Virus record (IMG/VR): IMGVR_UViG_3300044631_002422
Span: 1-64,000 of that record
Source of the DNA: a virus
DNA: 64,000 nt
Strand: one strand, 5' to 3'
Shown: positions 41,827 to 49,511 of the stretch, one piece after another
Position numbering within the stretch: position 1 is the stretch's first letter
Layout: every line of letters begins with the position of its first letter
Notes under the pieces: model-generated
Seen by the model: the letters and a program-made list of their open reading frames with translations, nothing else
What the model was told of the DNA's origin: nothing
Database searches by the model: none
Position numbers and translations under genes: made by a program

Positions 41827-42189
41827 TGTGTGTGTGTGTTTGTAGGTGAGTTTTATCTTTTAACTTTAGGAGTATTTTATGAAGAAGTGTACTGGTTGTG
41901 GCCGTCCAATTGAAACTGTTGTTATTCGTCAATGTCCAAAATGCATCAACAATCGCGCTGGATTATAAGTGTGTGTGTGTGTGTGTGATGCCCAACAGCT
42001 TGGGGGACGCAAGTCCCCCGGCTGTACGGGTGTACACTACGCGGGCCGCCCCGCGACGCCCTAAGTCCTTGTGGCTCTAAGACTTACGTCAATCCGCTAG
42101 GCAAACCTCATGCCAAACAAAAACAAAAATCTTTTTTCTTTTTTCCTCAAGATACTTGACAAGCAATGCCGATATAGTATAATAAGGAA

Positions 42190-42316
42190 GTGAGCAGTGG
42201 CCTGACAAGCAGGTACGACTCTCGACAGTTAAGGACCGGGAAGCTCCGGGCTGAACCGTTTCGTAGCGGTTACTGTTGATTGCTGCTGTTGGCGGTGTTC
42301 GATTCCCGCCGCTCAC
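42190..42316 (+). ncRNA. tRNA-like small RNA with its own promoter
   Basis: Begins 6 nt after the TATAAT of promoter 42156; closing stem GTGAGC/GCTCAC; T-arm GGCGG..TTCGATT..CCGCC; T-run follows. Confidence 0.6.
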
Positions 42317-42406
42317 ATTTTTTAAAAATTCCGCTTGACATTCGTTGAGCGTAACGTATAATTCAAGAGTAACAAGTTCAGTTTTTTTTCACGAAGGGTT
42401 TTTACC

Positions 42407-43327
42407 ATGTCTACTGTTTCCCGTTCTAATGTTTCTGCCAACGAAATCTCGGCTCGCGTTGCCGCTGCTTTCAACTTCACTGTTGACAAGTTCCCGCTTG
42501 CTGGCCCAGATGGTCTTCGCACTCCGTGGTACGGTATGTTCCGCTCTGACAACAACGAAGTTGTTGGTAACGGTTCTGTAACCTCGCGGTACTGTCCACA
42601 CCAAACCGAAGACGTTCTCGCACTGGTGGATGCCGCCAGCGAAGCGTTTGAAGGTGTGGCGAGTGTTGACACCTACTTCCGCGATGGGCATTATGTCGCC
42701 ATCGAACCAACTCGCGAACAACGTTATGCGATTTTCGGCACTGCCGACAACATCTTTCCGCGTGTCGTGATTCGTGCGGGTTACGATGGCAAGGCGTTCA
42801 ACGCCGCGATGGGTTATTACCGCGATGCTTGCCGCAATCTGGCAATCATGCGACAAGTTAGCGGAACCACCGTTTCCATCCGCCACACTAGCGGACTGCG
42901 AAGCCGCATGGATTCGCTGATTCAAAGCTTTACGAGTCTTCGCGATTCGTGGCAAATGCTGGCCGCAACTGCGGTTCAGCTTGAATCAACTCGCGTGAAT
43001 CTTGCGGACTTCCTTCGCGAAGTTTACGGCGAACCCGAAACCGACAGCGGTCGTGCTGCGACTATCCATCGCAATCGTACCGAAACGATTTTCAATCGTG
43101 TGATGGATGAACGTAGCCGCACTGGTCGCGGTGCTATGCCAGCCGATTTCCGCGTCAGCGGTTGGGAAGCGTTCAACGCTGTGCAGGGATTCGTTCAGCA
43201 TGAATCAACTCGCAAGAGTTCGGCTCGCGGTGCTGCCGCAACCGGATTTGGTCGAATCATCGCCGCCGCTAACGATGCTGCGGTTCAACGTGCCGAACGT
43301 GCTGCGATGAATCTGCTCGCGGTTTAA
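42407..43327 (+). CDS. DUF932 domain protein
   Basis: R.D....G..V...Y.P.Q, YDG, YR.ACRN, IRHTS, WEAFNAVQ. Confidence 0.8.
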   Translation: MSTVSRSNVSANEISARVAAAFNFTVDKFPLAGPDGLRTPWYGMFRSDNNEVVGNGSVTSRYCPHQTEDVLALVDAASEAFEGVASVDTYFRDGHYVAIEPTREQRYAIFGTADNIFPRVVIRAGYDGKAFNAAMGYYRDACRNLAIMRQVSGTTVSIRHTSGLRSRMDSLIQSFTSLRDSWQMLAATAVQLESTRVNLADFLREVYGEPETDSGRAATIHRNRTETIFNRVMDERSRTGRGAMPADFRVSGWEAFNAVQGFVQHESTRKSSARGAAATGFGRIIAAANDAAVQRAERAAMNLLAV

Positions 43328-43353
43328 TCTTTCGTGTGTTTCCTTTCGTGTGA

Positions 43354-43388
43354 GCCAGTGGCGGCATTTTGCCGCCGCTGGTTTTTTT
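43354..43388 (+). terminator. Intrinsic terminator after DUF932 gene
   Basis: GCCAGTGGCGGC-ATTTT-GCCGCCGCTGGT followed by a T-run. Confidence 0.85.
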
Positions 43389-43770
43389 AGATAGGTGTAC
43401 AATGGTATACATACTAATCGTCATTGTGGCGTGTATTATATTTTTGATGCTGGAATTATAATTCCGGTTATACTCTGGCCGCCTAGCGCGGCCTTTTTTA
43501 TTATACTTTCGGTGAGTTGACGTAAGTCCTTGGGGCTCTAGGAGTTACGACGCGCGGGGCCGGGCGGCTTACTGTACATCTGTACACCTGTACGAATTTT
43601 CACTATTGACATTCTGTCTCTGCTAAACTATACTGATTTGCTGGGAACTCTTGGCCGAAATTTGTCTTATCCAAAGTATTAAGATTTGCCCACAACATTT
43701 GGTCTGAATTCATATTTTGCTAAAGTGTGGCTTGACATTAGTCGATATGTATTGTATGATGTTATTGTAT

Positions 43771-43843
43771 GAGACTGTAGCTCAGATGGTAGAGCAATAG
43801 ACTTTTAATCTATTGGTCGTGGGTTCGATCCCCGCCAGTCTCA
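43771..43843 (+). tRNA. tRNA-Lys(UUU)
   Basis: Canonical cloverleaf, anticodon loop CT-TTT-AA. Confidence 0.95.
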
Positions 43844-43870
43844 CTTTTAATTTAACTTTACAATAAATAT

Positions 43871-44068
43871 ATGCTCAAACAAAAAGAAATGACACGCGAA
43901 CAGTTTTTAGCAATGTGCAAACGTATGAAATTGTTGCAAATAAAAGCCCGTAAAACTGAGTGGGAATATCGTAGCAACACTCACACAGCACATTTTTTTC
44001 TCAAACGATCCACCAGCAAAACTGGACTGGCAGTTTGGATGAAAATTGACAACAAAGAAGATTTGTAG
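43871..44068 (+). CDS. Hypothetical protein
   Basis: 65-aa ORF after tRNA-Lys. Confidence 0.45.
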   Translation: MLKQKEMTREQFLAMCKRMKLLQIKARKTEWEYRSNTHTAHFFLKRSTSKTGLAVWMKIDNKEDL

Positions 44069-44171
44069 CAGGAAGAAGCTTAGGGTTGTCTTTTCTAAAC
44101 TACATTGATTTCGCGGGAATCATGGCCAGAATTTGTATTATACTATTTTGATTTTGAAATAGGGTGAAAAA

Positions 44172-44375
44172 ATGAGATTCAAAGTTTTATTCCACGTTGA
44201 TACAGAATTAGAAAAAGAATTTGAAACTTTAGAACAAGCAAAAGAATACGTTTTAAAAATAGATTCTGAATATGTTTTAGTTAATGATGATGAACAAAGT
44301 CAAAACGGTTATAGATGTAGATATCTGTGGGGAGGATATCCTGAAGGAATATCAGCTTTTATTATTGAACAATAG
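44172..44375 (+). CDS. Hypothetical protein
   Basis: 67 aa; FETLEQAK motif. Confidence 0.6.
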   Translation: MRFKVLFHVDTELEKEFETLEQAKEYVLKIDSEYVLVNDDEQSQNGYRCRYLWGGYPEGISAFIIEQ

Positions 44376-44603
44376 AAATTTGTTTAGGACTAGTGCGCTG
44401 TCTTTGCTGAACTATATTGATTTCGCCCAGCCCGTGGCCCAAATTTATGCCAAAGATTTAAAATGGTGTTTCTGTTTATTGTTATTGTTATTTATATACT
44501 TGTTTTTTGGCACGAACTTAACTAATTGTCTCTGCCAAACTACTTAGATTTTGCCCCGAGCATGGCCAAAATTTAGTCATAAAGATTTGCCCCAAGATTG
44601 TGA

Positions 44604-44912
44604 TTATGTTTTAAAGTAATGCATAACCAATAGAAATTGCACAACAGCCATTGTGCCAAGAGTGAAATAAGCATATTCTTTGCGTAGATAGTATAGTCTT
44701 ATACAAGCAAAAAATATAACCCAAAGGCTCATCATTTTTACAGTCATAAACAGAGCCGGATTACCATCATCGGCTGCAAGCAGTACCTTGCCGATGGGAT
44801 TGCTTTCTTCTTCATTTATAGTACATGCCAACTTAATTGTGTAATAATGGTCCAGCATACTGACGGCCCAAATCCACAAAAATAAAACGCCAAGGAAAAA
44901 TCTATCGCGCAT
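44604..44912 (-). CDS. Small membrane protein (DUF5658-like)
   Basis: Three hydrophobic segments with D..YT and E.NPI motifs. Confidence 0.6.
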   Translation of the reverse strand: MRDRFFLGVLFLWIWAVSMLDHYYTIKLACTINEEESNPIGKVLLAADDGNPALFMTVKMMSLWVIFFACIRLYYLRKEYAYFTLGTMAVVQFLLVMHYFKT

Positions 44913-44957
44913 GATTGAATCTCCATGTATATACGGTACATATACATATACTCAAAA

Positions 44958-45326
44958 TCAAACACCAAGACCCATTTCGTCCATAAGATCATCCCAATAA
45001 TGTTCAATCAATATTTTAACAACATAAGTTACTACTTTGTTTGAAACCCAACTCCATGTGAATGAATGGTCGTACCAACTTTTGTTTGCATCGTCCAATT
45101 TAATTTTTGATAGAACGTAACGTTTTAGTTCGATACGACATTCGCGTTGAGTGTCAAAATCTTCACGATTGCCGCTTTGCCAAGGCTGTTCTTGGAACCA
45201 ACCCTCGGCAACATCTAAAGTTTCGCGCCCAAGATCAACACTATTGTCTTCATATTCCTTTACAAGCGTCTCACCGTACTGCTTTATTTGTGGCAGGAAC
45301 AAAGATTGATTAATTTTTATGGCCAT
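44958..45326 (-). CDS. Hypothetical protein
   Basis: 122-aa ORF. Confidence 0.7.
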   Translation of the reverse strand: MAIKINQSLFLPQIKQYGETLVKEYEDNSVDLGRETLDVAEGWFQEQPWQSGNREDFDTQRECRIELKRYVLSKIKLDDANKSWYDHSFTWSWVSNKVVTYVVKILIEHYWDDLMDEMGLGV

Positions 45327-46119
45327 GTTATTGCCCTTGAAATGAAATGTCGTAGCTAAACCAGCATGATTGTCGCACTCTAACTAATATGACTAAACCC
45401 CCTAAAAAGTGTCTCTCTCAAACAAATTTATGTTTTCCCCTGCCCAAAAATGTATTAAAGCAAGCATAACAGCTAAGAAGAACCTCTGCAATATACCTTA
45501 TATTATCCTAAAATGTAACTTTTTGCACAAAGAAGATTCTAGTTGTGGCTATAATTCGCGGGATTTTGCGTGTTTTTGCGGCTATTTTAAACAATTAAAT
45601 CTTTGTGATTGCTTGTTGTGGGGCAAGCAAGTTAAGTGTCTTAGCTAAACCTCTTTGTATGTTTATATCAATCCCATTGTATTTGCTTATACTTTATTAT
45701 TATATGTACTTATGTATAGTATGTATATATACGTGTTTTTCTTACATTTTTGTGTGTTTTAGTGTTATGTAAAATACACTTTTCGCAGTCCTTTTTTAGT
45801 GTGCTTTTAGGTCATTATTCACCCACTATGATATCGATTCTATAGTCTGTAATATCCCCAGATAGACATTTAAGGGAAAATTAATGGATAAAAAAAATAA
45901 AAAAATAAAGAAAAAATTCGAGTGCGTAGACTGTAATAAAAAAACAGATGACTACTACAAAATACCCACCAATAAAGGTGGAATCTACAAATGCGCAAAT
46001 TGCTATGAGTTGTGGATTGTTCGTTCGGCTCGCTCGTATGCCAGCCAATCAAAGAGCTACAACGAAGATAGTTGAGTATAAACTACTAGTAAAACTACTC
46101 AAGCAAAAGGAACTCTTCT

Positions 46120-46518
46120 ATGTTAAAAGTCAAGCCTAATTTTTTGTTTTACCTTATTGGTTTTATTTTTATTGCTATCTTTTACTCTATTTACATGTCT
46201 GCCAAAAAAGAAGAAATAAATGCTTATGAGCTACAACGCCAGCAAGATCAAGTAAGAGTTATTTACTTCGGGGCTGAATGGTGTGATCCATGCAAAATAA
46301 TGCGAAAAACTTTTGAGCAGAAAGAAATAAAGTCTGAGCTTGACAAACTACTTTTCAGGAAGTATGATATCGATATCGACATCAAAGAAAGCGAAAAATG
46401 GGCGATTAAGTCAGTTCCAACCATAATCACAATCGATAAAAATGGAAAAATAAAACGATACACCGGGCTTTTAAAAAAAGAACAACTTTCTAGCATTTTG
46501 TCTGAATTGTTGAATTGA
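46120..46518 (+). CDS. Thioredoxin with N-terminal membrane anchor
   Basis: FGAEWCDPCK and IKSVPT; TM segment. Confidence 0.9.
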   Translation: MLKVKPNFLFYLIGFIFIAIFYSIYMSAKKEEINAYELQRQQDQVRVIYFGAEWCDPCKIMRKTFEQKEIKSELDKLLFRKYDIDIDIKESEKWAIKSVPTIITIDKNGKIKRYTGLLKKEQLSSILSELLN

Positions 46519-46574
46519 CATTGACGATAATTATTGTATAATGGCTTTTTTAATTAGTTAACTTAGGAGGTTTT

Positions 46575-46778
46575 ATGGACGACTATGTTTATGACTTTGA
46601 TTGGGAAATTGAACAAATATTGTTGACTATTGAATATTTCGAAGAAAGTATTGAAAATAACCGTTCAATGAATGAATTCGAGTATTACGAAACACTCAGA
46701 AAGATTCACGAACTCGAAAGCAAGGTAGAAAATTTACAATGGGCCAAAAAAAGAAGGTTAATTTATTGCGATCACTAA
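46575..46778 (+). CDS. Small acidic protein
   Basis: Promoter at 46515 and AGGAGG RBS. Confidence 0.7.
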   Translation: MDDYVYDFDWEIEQILLTIEYFEESIENNRSMNEFEYYETLRKIHELESKVENLQWAKKRRLIYCDH

Positions 46779-46923
46779 AAATGGCTTTAGATATGCTTGA
46801 TCGAGTCGAAGGTAGTGCAATCTACGAAATACAAAAAAGATTAAACAGCTACACCGATCAAGAATATCGCGATATGTTAGAGCAAATTGCCGATATGTAT
46901 AATCACTTAAAAAGTAGAGAAAG

Positions 46924-47133
46924 ATGAACAAAGCTATTTTATTTGCCGATTTCATTCGATATGTAGAAAAAAACTATGAAAATTTTGATAAGTTTAGGTC
47001 TGAATACAATGTTTTAGAAGTAAGGAACCATGCCGCTCAAAACGGAGTAGAAATGACACCAGAAGAAGTTGAAGATTGTTTTGATATGATAATTGCGGCG
47101 TTGGAATTCATTGATAATCAAAATTCATATTAA
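46924..47133 (+). CDS. Hypothetical protein
   Basis: ATGA coupling to the upstream ORF. Confidence 0.6.
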   Translation: MNKAILFADFIRYVEKNYENFDKFRSEYNVLEVRNHAAQNGVEMTPEEVEDCFDMIIAALEFIDNQNSY

Positions 47134-47171
47134 ATTGCGTATTATACCTTACTAGTCTACAAGGAGTTCAA

Positions 47172-47495
47172 ATGAAGGCTACAATGAAAAAACCACAACA
47201 ATCCCAAGATCCTGACTACGAAAAGCCAATTGCAAAAAATAAAATCAACCCAAAGGTTTTAAATAAATGGCTTTCCGATACAATGCATATTGACAAAATT
47301 AAAAATATAGTTAGAATAGACGCTGTTAATCTTTGGTCGATAGAATCGATTGAAAGATACCGAATCAATGTTTGGATTGAAGAAAAATTTGAAAATTGTG
47401 TTTATTTGAGAAATCGTATTGCAAATAGTTGGTTTGTACATTACGATAGGTCTAAAGAGAAAATTGTTAACAAAACTATTGAAGGAGAAAAGTAA
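47172..47495 (+). CDS. Hypothetical protein
   Basis: AAGGAG RBS. Confidence 0.7.
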   Translation: MKATMKKPQQSQDPDYEKPIAKNKINPKVLNKWLSDTMHIDKIKNIVRIDAVNLWSIESIERYRINVWIEEKFENCVYLRNRIANSWFVHYDRSKEKIVNKTIEGEK

Positions 47496-47713
47496 TGATG
47501 AAAGACATTATTGTTGAATTGGATCAAGACGGCTTTGTGGTTGGTGTTTGGTGTCCAGATGCTACTTACAATGTAAACATACTCGATAGGGCAGATAAAA
47601 ATTTAGAGATTGAAGTTGCTTCTTACTATCACGACCTAGAAGAAGCTACCAAAGAATTGGTTAATTGTCTTGAAACAAATGAAGATTATATCAATCAGGG
47701 TATAGATTATTAA
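47495..47713 (+). CDS. Hypothetical protein
   Basis: Translationally coupled, with RBS. Confidence 0.65.
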   Translation: MMKDIIVELDQDGFVVGVWCPDATYNVNILDRADKNLEIEVASYYHDLEEATKELVNCLETNEDYINQGIDY

Positions 47714-47806
47714 TGGTTTTATGCTGGGTAACAGCCCATAAAAGCCTTCTAAGCTTTTGTCTTTAACGTATGGGATGGAAGACTAGAGTTCGATTCTCTT
47801 ATCCAG
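47714..47806 (+). pseudogene. Degenerate tRNA-Arg(UCU)-like element
   Basis: AAAGC-CTTCTAA-GCTTT anticodon arm, long extra arm, AGAG-TTCGATT-CTCT T arm; acceptor stem pairs poorly. Confidence 0.45.
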
Positions 47807-47876
47807 AGTTTTTTTATTTTTATTAGGATTATATATTTAACTTATTTTACTATTTTGGAAAAAAATAGGCATTATT

Positions 47877-48128
47877 ATGCAATGGCATAAAGTAAACGGT
47901 TTGGTTGTGCCGATTGAAAAACCGAAGAAGCCAACACGAAAAGAATTAATGGATATGTATTACCTAATGCATTGTCGCTGTCCATCGTGCGGTAGCAATA
48001 ACATCGCAAGTACCTGCGTAGGATACGCATTTAATGATATTGAAACAGCTAAGGATGAAAATAGGGCAATGTGCGGTTGTGGGTGGCGTGGTATTGTGCA
48101 TGACCTAGTTCCACAGGAAAAACTATGA
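47877..48128 (+). CDS. Zinc-ribbon protein
   Basis: CPSCGS and CGCGWRG. Confidence 0.65.
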   Translation: MQWHKVNGLVVPIEKPKKPTRKELMDMYYLMHCRCPSCGSNNIASTCVGYAFNDIETAKDENRAMCGCGWRGIVHDLVPQEKL

Positions 48129-48213
48129 ACGAAGAAAAGATTTATAGTTGGGGTGGCAGATATGCTTCAAACATTCCGCCAAATTATACTGATAAAGAAA
48201 AACAGGAGAAAAC

Positions 48214-48519
48214 ATGATTAAATATTTAGTATGTGCAGCGTTTTGTTTGATGGCATCTTGTGTTAACGCTCAAGATTTGTATTACAACTACGGCGGTATT
48301 TATAACCCGCCTCAAAATTATCGTAATGTTTATCGTTATGACTATTATCAGCCGCGAGTAGTTGGATATATGCCAATCGTTCAGTGGATTCCACAAGGAA
48401 CGTATTTGAATGTTGGGCCAGTTGTGGTTGACAAACAGCGGAGGCGTGTTATAATGGGTATCAACGCGGGATTTTACGGTATTAACGGGGTTGACACTTA
48501 TTATCTTTATGGGCGGTAA
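48214..48519 (+). CDS. Secreted Tyr-rich protein
   Basis: Signal peptide ending VNA; RBS. Confidence 0.65.
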   Translation: MIKYLVCAAFCLMASCVNAQDLYYNYGGIYNPPQNYRNVYRYDYYQPRVVGYMPIVQWIPQGTYLNVGPVVVDKQRRRVIMGINAGFYGINGVDTYYLYGR

Positions 48520-48538
48520 CCGTAGGTGAGCGAAAATT

Positions 48539-48586
48539 GTCGGAGAAAACGTCGGGGAAAACGTCGGGGAAAACGTCGGGGAAAAT
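48539..48586 (+). repeat. 12-bp tandem repeat GTCGGGGAAAAC x4
   Basis: Read directly, just upstream of the YopX RBS. Confidence 0.9.
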
Positions 48587-48601
48587 TAGAGGAGCAACAG
48601 A

Positions 48602-48988
48602 ATGAGAGAGATTAAGTTTAGGGTTTGGTCAAAAGATAGAAAAATGTTTGTTGTGGATGGTATGAGCGTGGAAGACATACAAGAAGATGCTACTCATTCA
48701 GTACACTTGCCTATGCTTATTAAGCAGGAAGAGTGTGTTTGGCAACAGTATATTGGACTTAAAGACCTTAATGGAAGAGATATCTATGAGGGCGATATAG
48801 TTTCAATTTATTTAAACGGCCCATTAGAAACTTCTAAACCTAATACTGGCGTGGTTATTTGGAATGAAGATAATGCAGGTTTTGTAATGGCGACAAAAGT
48901 TTATGATGAAGATGTAAATTGGGAATTTTTACTTACTGAATTGACCGTAATTGGAAACATATTTGAAAACCCTGAGTTATTAAGATGA
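48602..48988 (+). CDS. YopX family protein
   Basis: MREIKFRVW, QYIGLKDLNGRDIYEGDIV, VIGNIFENPELL. Confidence 0.9.
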   Translation: MREIKFRVWSKDRKMFVVDGMSVEDIQEDATHSVHLPMLIKQEECVWQQYIGLKDLNGRDIYEGDIVSIYLNGPLETSKPNTGVVIWNEDNAGFVMATKVYDEDVNWEFLLTELTVIGNIFENPELLR

Positions 48989-49314
48989 GAGAAAGTAAGT
49001 TTAGAATGTGGAATGTCGATGCTAACCGTTGGGCTGATATTGATGACTACTTTAGCGCAAAAAAGTTGATTTGGCAATTACGCACTGGACTCAAAGACCG
49101 TAACGGTCAAGAAATCTACGAAGGTGATTTAATTAACTTTTCTTGGCAGGCTGGACATAAAGAATTTTATGAATGCAAAAACCAAGAAGTATTTTATAGC
49201 AACGAATGTGCAAGTTTTGTTTTTGGCAAAGACGAAATTTGTATGCTTGACCGCGTAGTATATGATACTTTAGAAGTTGTTGGAAACGTATTTGAAAACC
49301 CGGAGTTATTATAA
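48985..49314 (+). CDS. YopX family protein (tandem paralog)
   Basis: TGLKDRNGQEIYEGD, EVVGNVFENPELL. Confidence 0.9.
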   Translation: MRESKFRMWNVDANRWADIDDYFSAKKLIWQLRTGLKDRNGQEIYEGDLINFSWQAGHKEFYECKNQEVFYSNECASFVFGKDEICMLDRVVYDTLEVVGNVFENPELL

Positions 49315-49511
49315 TGTACGGACCAAGCGAAGGACAATCATATGCCATTGGATGCTTAATGATTATACTTGTTATTCTATCTATATTTGGCGTAATGGAA
49401 ATTATTGATATCGTCAAATATGTTTTTTCTCATCTAAAATGGGTTGACAATTAAGATTGTTGTGGTATAATGACGATAAAGGAGATTTAAAATGAAAGTG
49501 GAGATGAGCGA

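Larger units (their letters stand above)
29420..42115 (-). promoter_or_regulatory. Five antisense sigma54 (RpoN)-type -24/-12 motifs
   Basis: TGGCAY-N5-TTGC on the minus strand at 29420-29435, 31667-31682, 32977-32992, 39889-39904, 42100-42115. Confidence 0.65.
26823..42362 (+). promoter_or_regulatory. Array of about 20 near-consensus sigma70-type early promoters
   Basis: TTGACA-N16(17)-TATAAT, a few with one mismatch, at 26823, 27053, 27469, 27679, 28099, 28319, 29680, 29940, 30131, 30643, 30853, 31723, 33042, 33348, 33977, 36538, 36811, 39992, 42156, 42335. Confidence 0.9.
27392..43549. repeat. Dispersed family of 12 palindromic 29-bp sites (CGTAAGTCCT-N9-AGGACTTACG)
   Basis: Copies start at 27392, 28021, 29326, 29379, 30566, 31627, 32937, 33912, 36473, 39848, 42060, 43521; all lie between the probable genes. 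Confidence 0.95.
43615..44574 (+). repeat. Second dispersed repeat family (~48 bp): TGTCTN-TGCTAAACTA-N4-GATTT-N12-TGGCCNAAATTT
   Basis: Copies near 43615, 44087, 44399 and 44527, plus one near 33792. Confidence 0.75.

Noticed and set aside
26820-43402. Minus-strand ORFs in the early region (e.g. 33383-33787, 41116-41655, 42389-42955)
   Set aside because: They oppose promoter- and RBS-supported plus-strand genes or run across repeats and promoters
27392-43549. CRISPR array interpretation of the 29-bp palindromic repeats
   Set aside because: Copies are mostly 0.6-3.4 kb apart and separated by genes, not 30-40-nt spacers; no cas genes seen
27392-43549. Classical integron attC sites
   Set aside because: No RYYYAAC/GTTRRRY ends, too short, cassettes have their own promoters, and no integrase in the window
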